From an uncultured Nitrospiraceae bacterium (GTDB lineage: Bacteria; Nitrospirota; Nitrospiria; Nitrospirales; Nitrospiraceae): a DNA stretch of 64,000 nucleotides. Below the pieces are notes generated by a model that worked only from the letters and a program-made list of their open reading frames with translations, had not been told where the DNA came from and made no database searches. The stretch covers positions 704,001-768,000 of the forward strand of contig CAVSTP010000002.1 in the NCBI GenBank assembly GCA_963730935.1, given 5' to 3'. Positions 10,228 through 21,234 of this stretch are shown piece by piece; positions within the stretch are counted from its first letter, which is position 1, and every line of letters begins with the position of its first letter. The position numbers and the translations under genes are program-made.

Positions 10228-10771
10228 ACAATTGCCGGGAATACGCCGCCGTAGCCGCAGAATCCGGCCCATCGACCATCGGACCGATCCTTCCCTCTTC
10301 CTCGGTTTCCGTCAGCTGATAGAAACCCCGGAGCGCCCGCTTGAAGCCATCGCGGACTTCTTGGTCCTCGCCGCTCAAATATTTGTGAAGGATCGGCGCC
10401 TCAGCCCACGCGTCGTGGGTGAAAATAAAAATAGTGATCCGACGATAGCGTCCAGCGGGGTCGTCTTGTGTCGTTGGCCTGATTTTCATCGGTCCGAAGT
10501 TCCTGCTCTCCCGCCCGACCTTCCGAAAACGCTCGATCAGCGTTTCGATTTCGGTATCGCTCGTCCAGGCCGGGACATGCACGGAGACGGCTGTGCCTTC
10601 CTGAGAGCCGATGCTGTAGGGAGGGATCGATCGATCCGGCCGGCTCAGGTACATTCCGCCCCAGATCAGCGCAAACGATCCGAAAAAGACCATCAAGGCG
10701 AGTTTGACGACCGTATCGAGAGGCTTCTTCTGGGAAGGAGAGGGAGCTTGGGGTGTTGTTGCATCGTTCAT
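10199..10771 (-). CDS. Hypothetical membrane-anchored protein downstream of gyrA
   Basis: One N-terminal hydrophobic segment (LALMVFFGSFALIWGGMYL); co-oriented with and close to gyrA. Confidence 0.7.
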   Translation of the reverse strand: MNDATTPQAPSPSQKKPLDTVVKLALMVFFGSFALIWGGMYLSRPDRSIPPYSIGSQEGTAVSVHVPAWTSDTEIETLIERFRKVGRESRNFGPMKIRPTTQDDPAGRYRRITIFIFTHDAWAEAPILHKYLSGEDQEVRDGFKRALRGFYQLTETEEEGRIGPMVDGPDSAATAAYSRQLFKESVAPHR

Positions 10772-10800
10772 CGGAGACACGGGCAGGACAGAGCGGCCGG

Positions 10801-13281
10801 TTATTGGCCGGCGGCGCCTTCGTCAGGACCCGCCTCTTCCCGCTCCCCGCTGTCCGCCAAACGAGCGACGGCCACCACACGATCCTCGTCACCATCCAGG
10901 TCGAGGATTCTCACGCCCTGCGTATTGCGGCCGATCTCTCGGATGTCGCCGACCTTGCAGCGGAGCACTTTGCCCTGCGCCGCCATCAGCATGATTTCAT
11001 CGCTATCCCGCACCTGGAGAAAACCGACCGCCAACCCGTTGCGCTCGGTGGTTTTGACGCTGATGATGCCCTTGCCTCCACGGCCCTGGACGCGGTATTC
11101 GCCGACGGGTGTGCGCTTGCCGTACCCCCCTTCGGTCACCGTCAAAATGGCGGTCGTCGAATCAGGGGTGATCGTTTCCATCCCGATGACTTCGTTGCCT
11201 TCCTCGAGCGTGATACCTTTGACGCCGTAGGCCGTCCGTCCCATGGACCGCACGTCACGTTCCGAGAAGCGGATGGTGATGCCCTGTTTCGTACCGAGGA
11301 GTATCTCCCGTTGTCCATCGGTGACCTGCACGCCGATGAGTTTGTCGCCGTCTTCCAGCCCGAGCGCGATGATGCCGCCCTGTCGCGGATTGCTGTAGGC
11401 GGCGAGCTCGGTCTTCTTGATGAGGCCGTTCTTCGTGGCCATGACCACAAACCGGTCCTCAGGATAATCCTTCACCGCTAACGTCGCCGTGACCTTCTCG
11501 CTCCCGGTAAGCGCCAATAGATTCACCAGCGCCTTGCCCTTCGCAGCTCGGCTGGCCTCCGGAATCTCGTGTACTTTGAGCCAAAAGACCTTGCCGGCAT
11601 CGGTGAAGAACAGCAACGTGTCGTGTGTCGACGCCGTCAACAGCGTTTCGACGAAGTCCTCGTCCTTGATGCCCATGCCGATCTTGCCCTTGCCGCCGCG
11701 CCGCTGGGCGCGGTACAGGGACGCCGCATTCCGCTTGATGTATCCGGCGTGGGAAATCGTGACGACGACTTCCTCATCGGCAATCAAATCTTCGAGACTG
11801 ATCTCAGCCTCTTCCTTCACAATCTGCGTCTTGCGGTCGTCCTTGTAGTCTTCACGGAGTTGGGTCAGCTCGCCCTTGATGATCGACCGCACAAGCGCTT
11901 CGCTCGCCAGCACCGACTTGAGATACTCAATCTGCTTCAGCACTTCTTGATATTCCTCGACGAGTTTGGCGCGCTCGAGCTGCGTCAACCGTTGAAGGCG
12001 CATGTCGAGGATGGCAGTTGCCTGGATGTCCGTCAGGGAGAACTGCCGCATCAACCCGGCCCGGGCTTCATCGGGAGACTGTGAGCGCCGAATCAGCGCG
12101 ATCACTGCATCCAGATTGTCGAGCGCAATCTTGAGACCCTCAAGAATATGCGCACGTTCTTCCGCCTTGCGAAGCTCATAGATGGTGCGGCGGACAACCA
12201 CTTCCCGCCGATGCTCGAGGAAATGATGCAGAATCTGTTTGAGATTGAGGACCTCCGGGCGATTGTTGACCAGCGCCAGCATGATCACGCCGAATGTCGT
12301 CTCGAGCTGGGTATGCTTATAGAGGTTGTTGAGGACGACGAGCGGGATCTCGTTGCGCTTGAGGTCGATGACGACCCGGACCCCTTCCCGGTCGGAGGAT
12401 TCGTCGCGGAGATCGCTGATGCCCTTGATGCGGTCCTCTTGAATCAATTCGGCGATCTTCTCGATGAGTTTGGCCTTATTGACCTGGTAGGGGATTTCCG
12501 TGACGATCAATCGCTCGCGTTCCGTTCGCTCATCGCTTTCGACGACGACCTTCGCGCGCAGCGAGAGCAGTCCACGGCCGGTTTCATAGGCTTCCTTGAT
12601 CCCGCTCATGCCGTAAATAAATCCGGCGGTCGGAAAGTCCGGTCCCGGGATTTTCTTCATCAGCTGGGCGATCGTCACGTCCGGGTTTTCGAGCAGCAGC
12701 AGCAGCCCATCGATGACTTCACCGACGTTGTGGGTGGGAATATTGGTCGCATAGCCCACGGCGATGCCGCCGGCGCCGTTGATGAGGAGATTTGGCACCT
12801 TGGTCGGCAGCACCAGCGGTTCTTGACGGGACTCATCGTAGTTCGGCCCGAAATCGACGGTTTCCTTGTCGATATCGGCCAGCATCTCTTCCGCCAGCTT
12901 CGTCATGCGCGCTTCCGTGTAGCGCATGGCCGCCGCAGAATCGCCGTCCATCGAGCCGTAATTCCCTTGGCCGTCGACCAGCACATAGCGCATGTTGAAG
13001 TCCTGCGCCATGCGCACCAAGGTGTCGTAGATGGCGGAATCGCCGTGCGGATGGTAATTGCCCATGATCTCGCCGACGATTTTGGCCGATTTGCGGTAAG
13101 CCCGGTTGTGCACGAGCCCCATCTCGTTCATGCCAAACAGGATGCGGCGGTGCACGGGTTTAAGGCCGTCGCGCACGTCAGGCAGTGCGCGGCCGACGAT
13201 CACGCTCATCGCGTAATCGAGGTAGGAAGCCCGCATTTCGTCTTCGATGGCGATCTGCCCTAGGCGTTCATCAGGCGGCAT
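10801..13281 (-). CDS. gyrA: DNA gyrase subunit A
   Basis: YHPHGDSAIYDT, AAMRYTE catalytic Tyr, GyrA-box QRRGGKG. Confidence 0.98.
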   Translation of the reverse strand: MPPDERLGQIAIEDEMRASYLDYAMSVIVGRALPDVRDGLKPVHRRILFGMNEMGLVHNRAYRKSAKIVGEIMGNYHPHGDSAIYDTLVRMAQDFNMRYVLVDGQGNYGSMDGDSAAAMRYTEARMTKLAEEMLADIDKETVDFGPNYDESRQEPLVLPTKVPNLLINGAGGIAVGYATNIPTHNVGEVIDGLLLLLENPDVTIAQLMKKIPGPDFPTAGFIYGMSGIKEAYETGRGLLSLRAKVVVESDERTERERLIVTEIPYQVNKAKLIEKIAELIQEDRIKGISDLRDESSDREGVRVVIDLKRNEIPLVVLNNLYKHTQLETTFGVIMLALVNNRPEVLNLKQILHHFLEHRREVVVRRTIYELRKAEERAHILEGLKIALDNLDAVIALIRRSQSPDEARAGLMRQFSLTDIQATAILDMRLQRLTQLERAKLVEEYQEVLKQIEYLKSVLASEALVRSIIKGELTQLREDYKDDRKTQIVKEEAEISLEDLIADEEVVVTISHAGYIKRNAASLYRAQRRGGKGKIGMGIKDEDFVETLLTASTHDTLLFFTDAGKVFWLKVHEIPEASRAAKGKALVNLLALTGSEKVTATLAVKDYPEDRFVVMATKNGLIKKTELAAYSNPRQGGIIALGLEDGDKLIGVQVTDGQREILLGTKQGITIRFSERDVRSMGRTAYGVKGITLEEGNEVIGMETITPDSTTAILTVTEGGYGKRTPVGEYRVQGRGGKGIISVKTTERNGLAVGFLQVRDSDEIMLMAAQGKVLRCKVGDIREIGRNTQGVRILDLDGDEDRVVAVARLADSGEREEAGPDEGAAGQ

Positions 13282-13288
13282 TCTTTCC

Positions 13289-13408
13289 TCGGATGCTGGG
13301 AATGGTCACCGACTTCGTTCTCGCGTCTCAGAGGCTTAACGTCCGGCAAACGTGCGCCTCGACTCTTCACCCGCTGCGGCCTTGCCCGATGACCATTTGG
13401 ACATCCGA
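13289..13408. repeat. MITE/REP-like 120-bp element with terminal inverted repeats
   Basis: TCGGATG..AATGGTCA / TGACCATT..CATCCGA ends; internal CGTTCTC and CTGCGGCCT motifs shared with the 40686-40805 element. Confidence 0.7.
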
Positions 13409-13422
13409 CAAGCACGTTTTTA

Positions 13423-15891
<2,469 letters not shown>

Positions 15892-15927
15892 TCAGACTCC
15901 TACATCCCGAACACTCATCGCTGTACC

Positions 15928-15999
15928 AGGATGTTCACGAAGGTTGTCCGCAGCAAGGGAAGGGCGAGGCGTGCATCAGCAGCGTAATTCAATATTCCT
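15928..15999. repeat. Truncated copy of the intergenic repeat family
   Basis: AGGATGTTCA...CCGCAGC..GAAG.GCGAGGCG resembles the reverse complement of 13289-13408. Confidence 0.5.
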
Positions 16000-16000
16000 C

Positions 16001-17128
16001 TCAGATTTTGATGGGCATCACAACACATTTGAAGCCGGGGGTTTCCGCCTCTTGGATCAGGCACGGGCTGAGCGCGCTCTCCATCTGCAACGAGATTTTT
16101 TCCCCGTCCATGACGTCGAACACATCAAGCATGTAGCGCGCGTTAAAGCCGGTATTCAACGCTTCGCCTTCGTATTGCGCGGCCATCTCCTCGGTGGCTT
16201 CACCATAGTCCGGATTGCTCGAAAACAGCGTGAGGCGCCCGGGCGCACACGAGAGTTTCACCGCATTCGCCTTATCTTTCGACAGCACCGAGACCCTCCG
16301 CAACGCGCTTTCGAGTTCGGTGCGCTGCACGACGATCTTCTTGTTGCTCTCCTTCGGAATGACCTGTTGGTAGTTCGGGTAGTTGCCTTCCATCAAACGG
16401 GACGTCAGGAGCAGGCCGCTTTTCCGGAAGATCATGAGGTTTTTCGTGAACCCAATGAGCGGCTCGCCATCGCCTCCCTCTTCCAAGAGGCGACGCATTT
16501 CGTGCGCGGCCTTCTTGGGAATGATCGCTTTGATTTCCTGAGGCGCGCCTTTGGCGCCGGCCTTTCCAAGATCCTGTTCGGCCACCGCCAAGCGATGCCC
16601 GTCGGTCCCGACGAGTCTGAGAGTCGTCTTCTTTTCAGTGGAGATGAGCGTGACGAGCAGACCGTTTAAGATATATCGGGCGTCGTTGTCCCCCGCCGCA
16701 AAGAGCGTTTTTCGAATCAGTTCCAGGAGGCCAGCCCCTGCAAGCGGTGTCAGGCCTTCGCGCTCAATGGCGGGCAGCGCCGGATAATCGCTACTGGGGA
16801 GTCCGACGACCTTAAACTGGCTTTTGCCGGCCTGGATTGTGGTCCAGTTGTTCTCGCTCGAGACCAGGTCGATGTCGCCGCTCGGCAACTCCTTGATGAT
16901 CTCGTACAACTTTCTCGCCGACACCGTGATGCCGCCGGCCTTATGGACCGTCGCCTTGTAGAGCCCGCGCATGCCGATCTCGAGGTCGGTGGCCACGATT
17001 TCCGCGCCTTCCTGTTTTGCCTCGATCAAAATGTTCGACAAAATTGGCATGGTGTTGCGCTTTTCCACGACGCCCTGCACGCGCTGAAGCCCTGTCAGCA
17101 ACTCATCCCTCCCGATGCGAACTTTCAT
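16001..17128 (-). CDS. dnaN: DNA polymerase III beta clamp
   Basis: MPILSNILI, ATDLE, GTDGHRLA, GNYPNYQQVIP, VVMPIKI; follows dnaA. Confidence 0.97.
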   Translation of the reverse strand: MKVRIGRDELLTGLQRVQGVVEKRNTMPILSNILIEAKQEGAEIVATDLEIGMRGLYKATVHKAGGITVSARKLYEIIKELPSGDIDLVSSENNWTTIQAGKSQFKVVGLPSSDYPALPAIEREGLTPLAGAGLLELIRKTLFAAGDNDARYILNGLLVTLISTEKKTTLRLVGTDGHRLAVAEQDLGKAGAKGAPQEIKAIIPKKAAHEMRRLLEEGGDGEPLIGFTKNLMIFRKSGLLLTSRLMEGNYPNYQQVIPKESNKKIVVQRTELESALRRVSVLSKDKANAVKLSCAPGRLTLFSSNPDYGEATEEMAAQYEGEALNTGFNARYMLDVFDVMDGEKISLQMESALSPCLIQEAETPGFKCVVMPIKI

Positions 17129-17153
17129 AGTTGCCCCTCTTTCGACCCGCCGG

Positions 17154-18497
17154 TCAGCTCCGGAGAATCTTTTCCTTCAACCCGTCTAGCGTTTGGTTCA
17201 AGCCGCTGTCACCCTCTTTAATTTTCACGATCTGCCGACAGGCGTGCATGATCGTCGTATGGTCCTTCCCACCGAACAGGCGGCCGATTTCAGGAAAGGA
17301 CGCATCGGTCAACTCGCGACAGAGGTACATGGCGATCTGTCGCGGATGCACCAACGTCTTGCTGCGGCGCCGCGACTTGAGATCCGCGATTTTGACATGG
17401 AACCAGGCTGCGACGGCCTCCTGAATATCCTCCATTGCGACAATCTTTTTTTTGTCGCCGATCAGATCGCGCAGGACGTTCTTCGCCATATCCAGCGTAA
17501 TCGTCTGACCGGTCAAGGATGCATAAGCGCCCAGGCGCACCAGCGAACCTTCCAATTCTCGAATGTTGCTTTTCATCGTGCTGGAGAGAAACTGAATCAC
17601 GTCTTCCGGCAACGTGACGCCTTCGTCCTCGGATTTCTTGCGAAGAATCGCGATTCTGGTTTCCACGTCCGGCGGCTGCAGGTCTGCAATCAGTCCCCAT
17701 TCGAAGCGAGAGCGCAACCGCTCTTCAATGTCCGGCATGTCCTTTGGGAACCGGTCGCTCGACAGGACGAGTTGTTTATGCGCTTCATACAGCGCATTGA
17801 ACGTATGGAAGAATTCCTCCTGAGTCCGTTCCTTGCCCGCCAAGAATTGAATGTCGTCGATCATCAACATATCGATATGGCGATAGCGCTTCCGGAGATC
17901 CATCATCTTGTCGTAGCGGATCGAATTGATGACCTCGTTCGTAAATTGCTCGGTCGTCAAATAGGCGATCCGTAAGTCGGTTCGCTCCGCCACATGATTA
18001 GCAATGGCATTCAACAAGTGGGTTTTTCCGAGTCCCACACCGCCATAGATGAATAAGGGGTTATAGGCCTTGGCTGGCTGTTCAGCAACGGCCATGCAGG
18101 CAGCGTGAGCAAATTGATTGCCGGCACCAACGACAAAATTCCTAAATGAATACTTTGGGTTAAGTTGGATGCCGCGTTTGGCTTTTGCGGGTCCGGCCGC
18201 CCGGACCGCTTGCGCTACAGCGGCCGCATCACTCTGCGCTGGCGCCGATCGATTGAACACGACGAATGAGACTGCCGTCTCTCCCCCTCCCCGGGCGGTC
18301 GAGACGGCTTCTACTAAAAGGGGTCCGTAATGTTGGCTGAGCCAGTCACCAAAAAACTTATTTGGAACGCCTATTTGCGCGGTCCTATCCTCAATTCTCT
18401 CCAAACGGACCGGCATAAACCAGGTGTCATAGACTTGTTTAGGCACCCGGCCTTGAATAAACGCCAAGGCTTCCTGCCAAACTGCCGAGACCGTCAT
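17154..18497 (-). CDS. dnaA: Chromosomal replication initiator DnaA
   Basis: YNPLFIYGGVGLGKTHL, IDDIQF, QEEFFHTFN, RLRSRFEWG, GGKDHTT. Start set at ATG 18497 because the track's upstream extension runs over DnaA boxes. Confidence 0.98.
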   Translation of the reverse strand: MTVSAVWQEALAFIQGRVPKQVYDTWFMPVRLERIEDRTAQIGVPNKFFGDWLSQHYGPLLVEAVSTARGGGETAVSFVVFNRSAPAQSDAAAVAQAVRAAGPAKAKRGIQLNPKYSFRNFVVGAGNQFAHAACMAVAEQPAKAYNPLFIYGGVGLGKTHLLNAIANHVAERTDLRIAYLTTEQFTNEVINSIRYDKMMDLRKRYRHIDMLMIDDIQFLAGKERTQEEFFHTFNALYEAHKQLVLSSDRFPKDMPDIEERLRSRFEWGLIADLQPPDVETRIAILRKKSEDEGVTLPEDVIQFLSSTMKSNIRELEGSLVRLGAYASLTGQTITLDMAKNVLRDLIGDKKKIVAMEDIQEAVAAWFHVKIADLKSRRRSKTLVHPRQIAMYLCRELTDASFPEIGRLFGGKDHTTIMHACRQIVKIKEGDSGLNQTLDGLKEKILRS

Positions 18498-18513
18498 TTC
18501 CCTCGTATTCTCC

Positions 18514-18815
18514 CCATACACAGGCTTATTCACACCTGTGGATAACAAACCATTAACTACTGGAATCCTAAGACACCATCAGGGGTTTTTCGTCTTTACA
18601 TGAGTCAGTGAACCGTCTCTCAAAAGGTTCTGCACAGTGCACTCTCCTCACACTCCGAGTCAATCCCCAAGTTCATCCACAACACGTCCAAGACAACAAC
18701 GCTTTTGTATCAGCCTCTTACCCACAATCCCCACCATCCACCCCTCCTACTCCGATTCCTACTACGACGACTGTTCTTCTCTATGCCACACATTTTCGGA
18801 GAAGAGCCTATCAGC
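18514..18815. other. Putative oriC / DnaA-box cluster
   Basis: TTATTCACA 18526-18534, TGTGGATAA 18537-18545 (perfect), TTCTGCACA 18628-18636, TCATCCACA 18673-18681, TTACCCACA 18718-18726; lower GC; directly upstream of dnaA. Confidence 0.75.
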
Positions 18816-19048
18816 TAGATCATCACTGTGTGGTCACATTCGAAAATCTTTTTCACAAGGCCGTCATACGTAAGGCCATGTTCACCATCGCCATTCGTGA
18901 GTGAGAAGATCGCTCCTCCCGTATATGGAAACATCCGACCGCCGCTTTCCTCCAACAGAATGACATCTCCCTGAGATTTCGCTGGGAGAAACAGAGCGGG
19001 ATCGATTTGATCGATTGGCTTTCTGAGGAGATAGAGTGTCTTCTTCAT
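18815..19048 (-). CDS. DsrH/TusB-like small protein
   Basis: MKKTLYLL...DVILLEE...LTYDGLVKKIFECDHTVMI resembles the TusB C-terminus; third gene of the triad. Confidence 0.6.
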   Translation of the reverse strand: MKKTLYLLRKPIDQIDPALFLPAKSQGDVILLEESGGRMFPYTGGAIFSLTNGDGEHGLTYDGLVKKIFECDHTVMI

Positions 19049-19389
19049 GAAAAAACCAGTGTACGGTCACACGATTCAAGCAGACTACGGATCTCCTCGG
19101 CCGACTTCTGCGTCACAGAGAACTCCTCGAGAAGCGCACTCGTGGCTGCACCGGATTCGAGAACGAACGGAATGCCGAGTTGAGCCAAAGAAGGACGGTA
19201 TTTTTCGAGGATATCCACATCAACGACGTCTTCGGTGTCATCGGTCAGTAGAAGAGGAGCTCGTCCCAGCAGGACGATCGTCGTTTCATGGTCGCCGGCG
19301 CAGAGACCAAGCGCAATTCGTAAGGCTTCGACTGGACGATGCGTTTTTGTCGGATCTTCTGCTATGACCACTGCTACACGCTTCGACAT
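19045..19389 (-). CDS. DsrF/TusC-like (DsrE-fold) protein
   Basis: KRVAVVI..DP...RPVEALRIALGL....TTIVLLG, CDRTLVF. Confidence 0.7.
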   Translation of the reverse strand: MSKRVAVVIAEDPTKTHRPVEALRIALGLCAGDHETTIVLLGRAPLLLTDDTEDVVDVDILEKYRPSLAQLGIPFVLESGAATSALLEEFSVTQKSAEEIRSLLESCDRTLVFS

Positions 19390-19404
19390 CTCATCACGCA
19401 CAGC

Positions 19405-19725
19405 TTATGTGAATGCTAAAAAACGATCACAGCCATCAATAATGCCGGAAAGCACCACTAAGCCTGAGAGTGAAACACGCGAATCCACCTGTTGGGTGGA
19501 GACACCATGCTGTTGGCATCCATAGGCACAGACGGACATCTTTACGCCCTCATCGAGCAAACGGCCAAAACGGGTATCTTTGAAGCCTTTCACCCCTTCA
19601 TCAATCAGATACAAATACACCTCGACGCCCTGACGAACGGCAGCTTCGGCAAGCCGGACCACCGTCTCAATTGTCGTGTCTGTAGGGGCTGTGGATAAGA
19701 GAAGACCGAGTTTCCGTGAAGGCAT
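19405..19725 (-). CDS. DsrE/TusD-like sulfurtransferase
   Basis: LGLLLSTAP, VYLYLIDEGV, Cys motif VCAYGCQQHG, SGLVVLSGIIDGCDRFLAF. Confidence 0.78.
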   Translation of the reverse strand: MPSRKLGLLLSTAPTDTTIETVVRLAEAAVRQGVEVYLYLIDEGVKGFKDTRFGRLLDEGVKMSVCAYGCQQHGVSTQQVDSRVSLSGLVVLSGIIDGCDRFLAFT

Positions 19726-19795
19726 TGGAAATCCCTGTACAGTAAACAGGATATTTCTTGAAGAATCAAGTGGTTATACGGAGCGTGTGTTGGCG

Positions 19796-19824
19796 AGACT
19801 ACGAGGTTTTTCAGGCGAAGTCAA
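19796..19824 (-). promoter_or_regulatory. sigma70 promoter for the dsrEFH-like operon
   Basis: TTGACT-17 bp-TAGTCT on the minus strand. Confidence 0.55.
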
Positions 19825-19840
19825 TCGGAAAAACCAGGGC

Positions 19841-21097
19841 CTAAAATCCCTTTATCAGCGAGAGAAAATAACGAGGAAGGTCCTGCAGCGACACGGTCTC
19901 TTGGGCCTTTGAACTCATGTTACGGACCACGGCAGATCCGGACTTGGCCTCATCGTCGCCGAGGAGCACCGCAAAGAGACATCCACTCCGGTCAGCTTGT
20001 CGGAGGTGCCCTTTAAGAGTGGCCGCGCGATAATCGCTGTGCACCGAGAGACCAGCTTGACGTAGCGCATCCAAGAGGTGGACTCCCGCCGTGCTACCCT
20101 CAGAGCCGAAGGCCGCGACGTACACTGATGGGAGAGACGGCGGAAGACTCTTGTCCGGAAGCATCATGACAATCCGTTCGAGGCCTGCGGCGAACCCGAC
20201 GGCGGGCGTCACGGGTCCCCCCAATAATGCCGCCAAACCGTCGTAACGGCCGCCAGCGCCCACGGCATTCTGCGCGCCGAGGTGAGACGACGTGATCTCG
20301 AACGCGGTCAGGCAGTAATAATCGAGTCCACGGACCAGCCGGGGATTCAGACGCCACGGGATGCCGAGAACGGCGAGGGTTGAAAGCACTTCATCGAAAT
20401 GGCTCTTGGCCTGCGGCGACAAGTGGGAGACGAGTTGAGGGGCGTCCTCCGTCGCCGCGCGACAACCCGGCACTTTGCAATCGAGCACGCGCAGGGGATT
20501 TGTCTCCATGCGCCGCCGGCAATTGTCACAGAGGTCTCCAATGCGGCTCTTGAGGAAGGACACGAGCACGGGGAGATATGCCGCCCGGTCGGCAGCGCTT
20601 CCCAGGCTGTTCATTTCAAGGATGAGGTCTGGTAAGGCCAGATCGGAAAGAAAGCGCCACAACAGTGCGATGACGTCGACATCGGCCTTGGGGTCCGGCG
20701 TCCCGAAGTATTCGACGCCGAACTGATGAAACTGCCGGAGGCGGCCAGCCTGCGGCCGTTCGTGACGAAACATGGGTCCGATGTAAAAGTACTTCTGCGG
20801 CAAGGGATCAGCGGCGCGATTGTGTTCGATGAACGCTCGAACCGTTCCTGCGGTCCCCTCTGGCCTCAGCGTCAGGGAAGTGCCGTCTCGGTCCGGAAAG
20901 GTGTACATTTCTTTTTCGACGATGTCCGTGGCCGCTCCAATGCTGCGGGCGAACAGAGTGGTGACTTCGAAGATCGGAATGCGGATCTCCCGAAACCCAT
21001 AGCGATCCGCCCACCGTCGTGCGGTCTCTTCAATAAATCGCCAGCGCGGCGTCTCTTCAGGAAGGATGTCCTTGACGCCCTTGATGCCTTTAATCAT
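19841..21097 (-). CDS. hisS: Histidine--tRNA ligase
   Basis: DIVEKEMY, LRPEGTAG, FRHERPQAGRLRQFHQ, LVRGLDYY, GGRYDGL. Confidence 0.97.
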   Translation of the reverse strand: MIKGIKGVKDILPEETPRWRFIEETARRWADRYGFREIRIPIFEVTTLFARSIGAATDIVEKEMYTFPDRDGTSLTLRPEGTAGTVRAFIEHNRAADPLPQKYFYIGPMFRHERPQAGRLRQFHQFGVEYFGTPDPKADVDVIALLWRFLSDLALPDLILEMNSLGSAADRAAYLPVLVSFLKSRIGDLCDNCRRRMETNPLRVLDCKVPGCRAATEDAPQLVSHLSPQAKSHFDEVLSTLAVLGIPWRLNPRLVRGLDYYCLTAFEITSSHLGAQNAVGAGGRYDGLAALLGGPVTPAVGFAAGLERIVMMLPDKSLPPSLPSVYVAAFGSEGSTAGVHLLDALRQAGLSVHSDYRAATLKGHLRQADRSGCLFAVLLGDDEAKSGSAVVRNMSSKAQETVSLQDLPRYFLSLIKGF

Positions 21098-21141
21098 GCG
21101 GGTCGCCTGGTATGCTCAGCCGTTCGTGAGATGTGCGCGCG

Positions 21142-21217
21142 AATATAACGACCGGTTTGCGGGCAAGTCAACGCGCGCCATCTCTTCTTGCAGGGAGCGC
21201 TGCGCGGGCGCTATAGT
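21142..21217. promoter_or_regulatory. Divergent sigma70 promoters for hisS and thyX
   Basis: Minus strand TTGACT-18-TATATT (21171-21142); plus strand TTGCAG-18-TATAGT (21188-21217). Confidence 0.5.
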
Positions 21218-21234
21218 TCGCCACTCCGCACTGT

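Noticed and set aside
18608..18904. Plus-strand ORFs in the origin region
   Set aside because: Low-complexity translation over DnaA boxes; better explained as oriC
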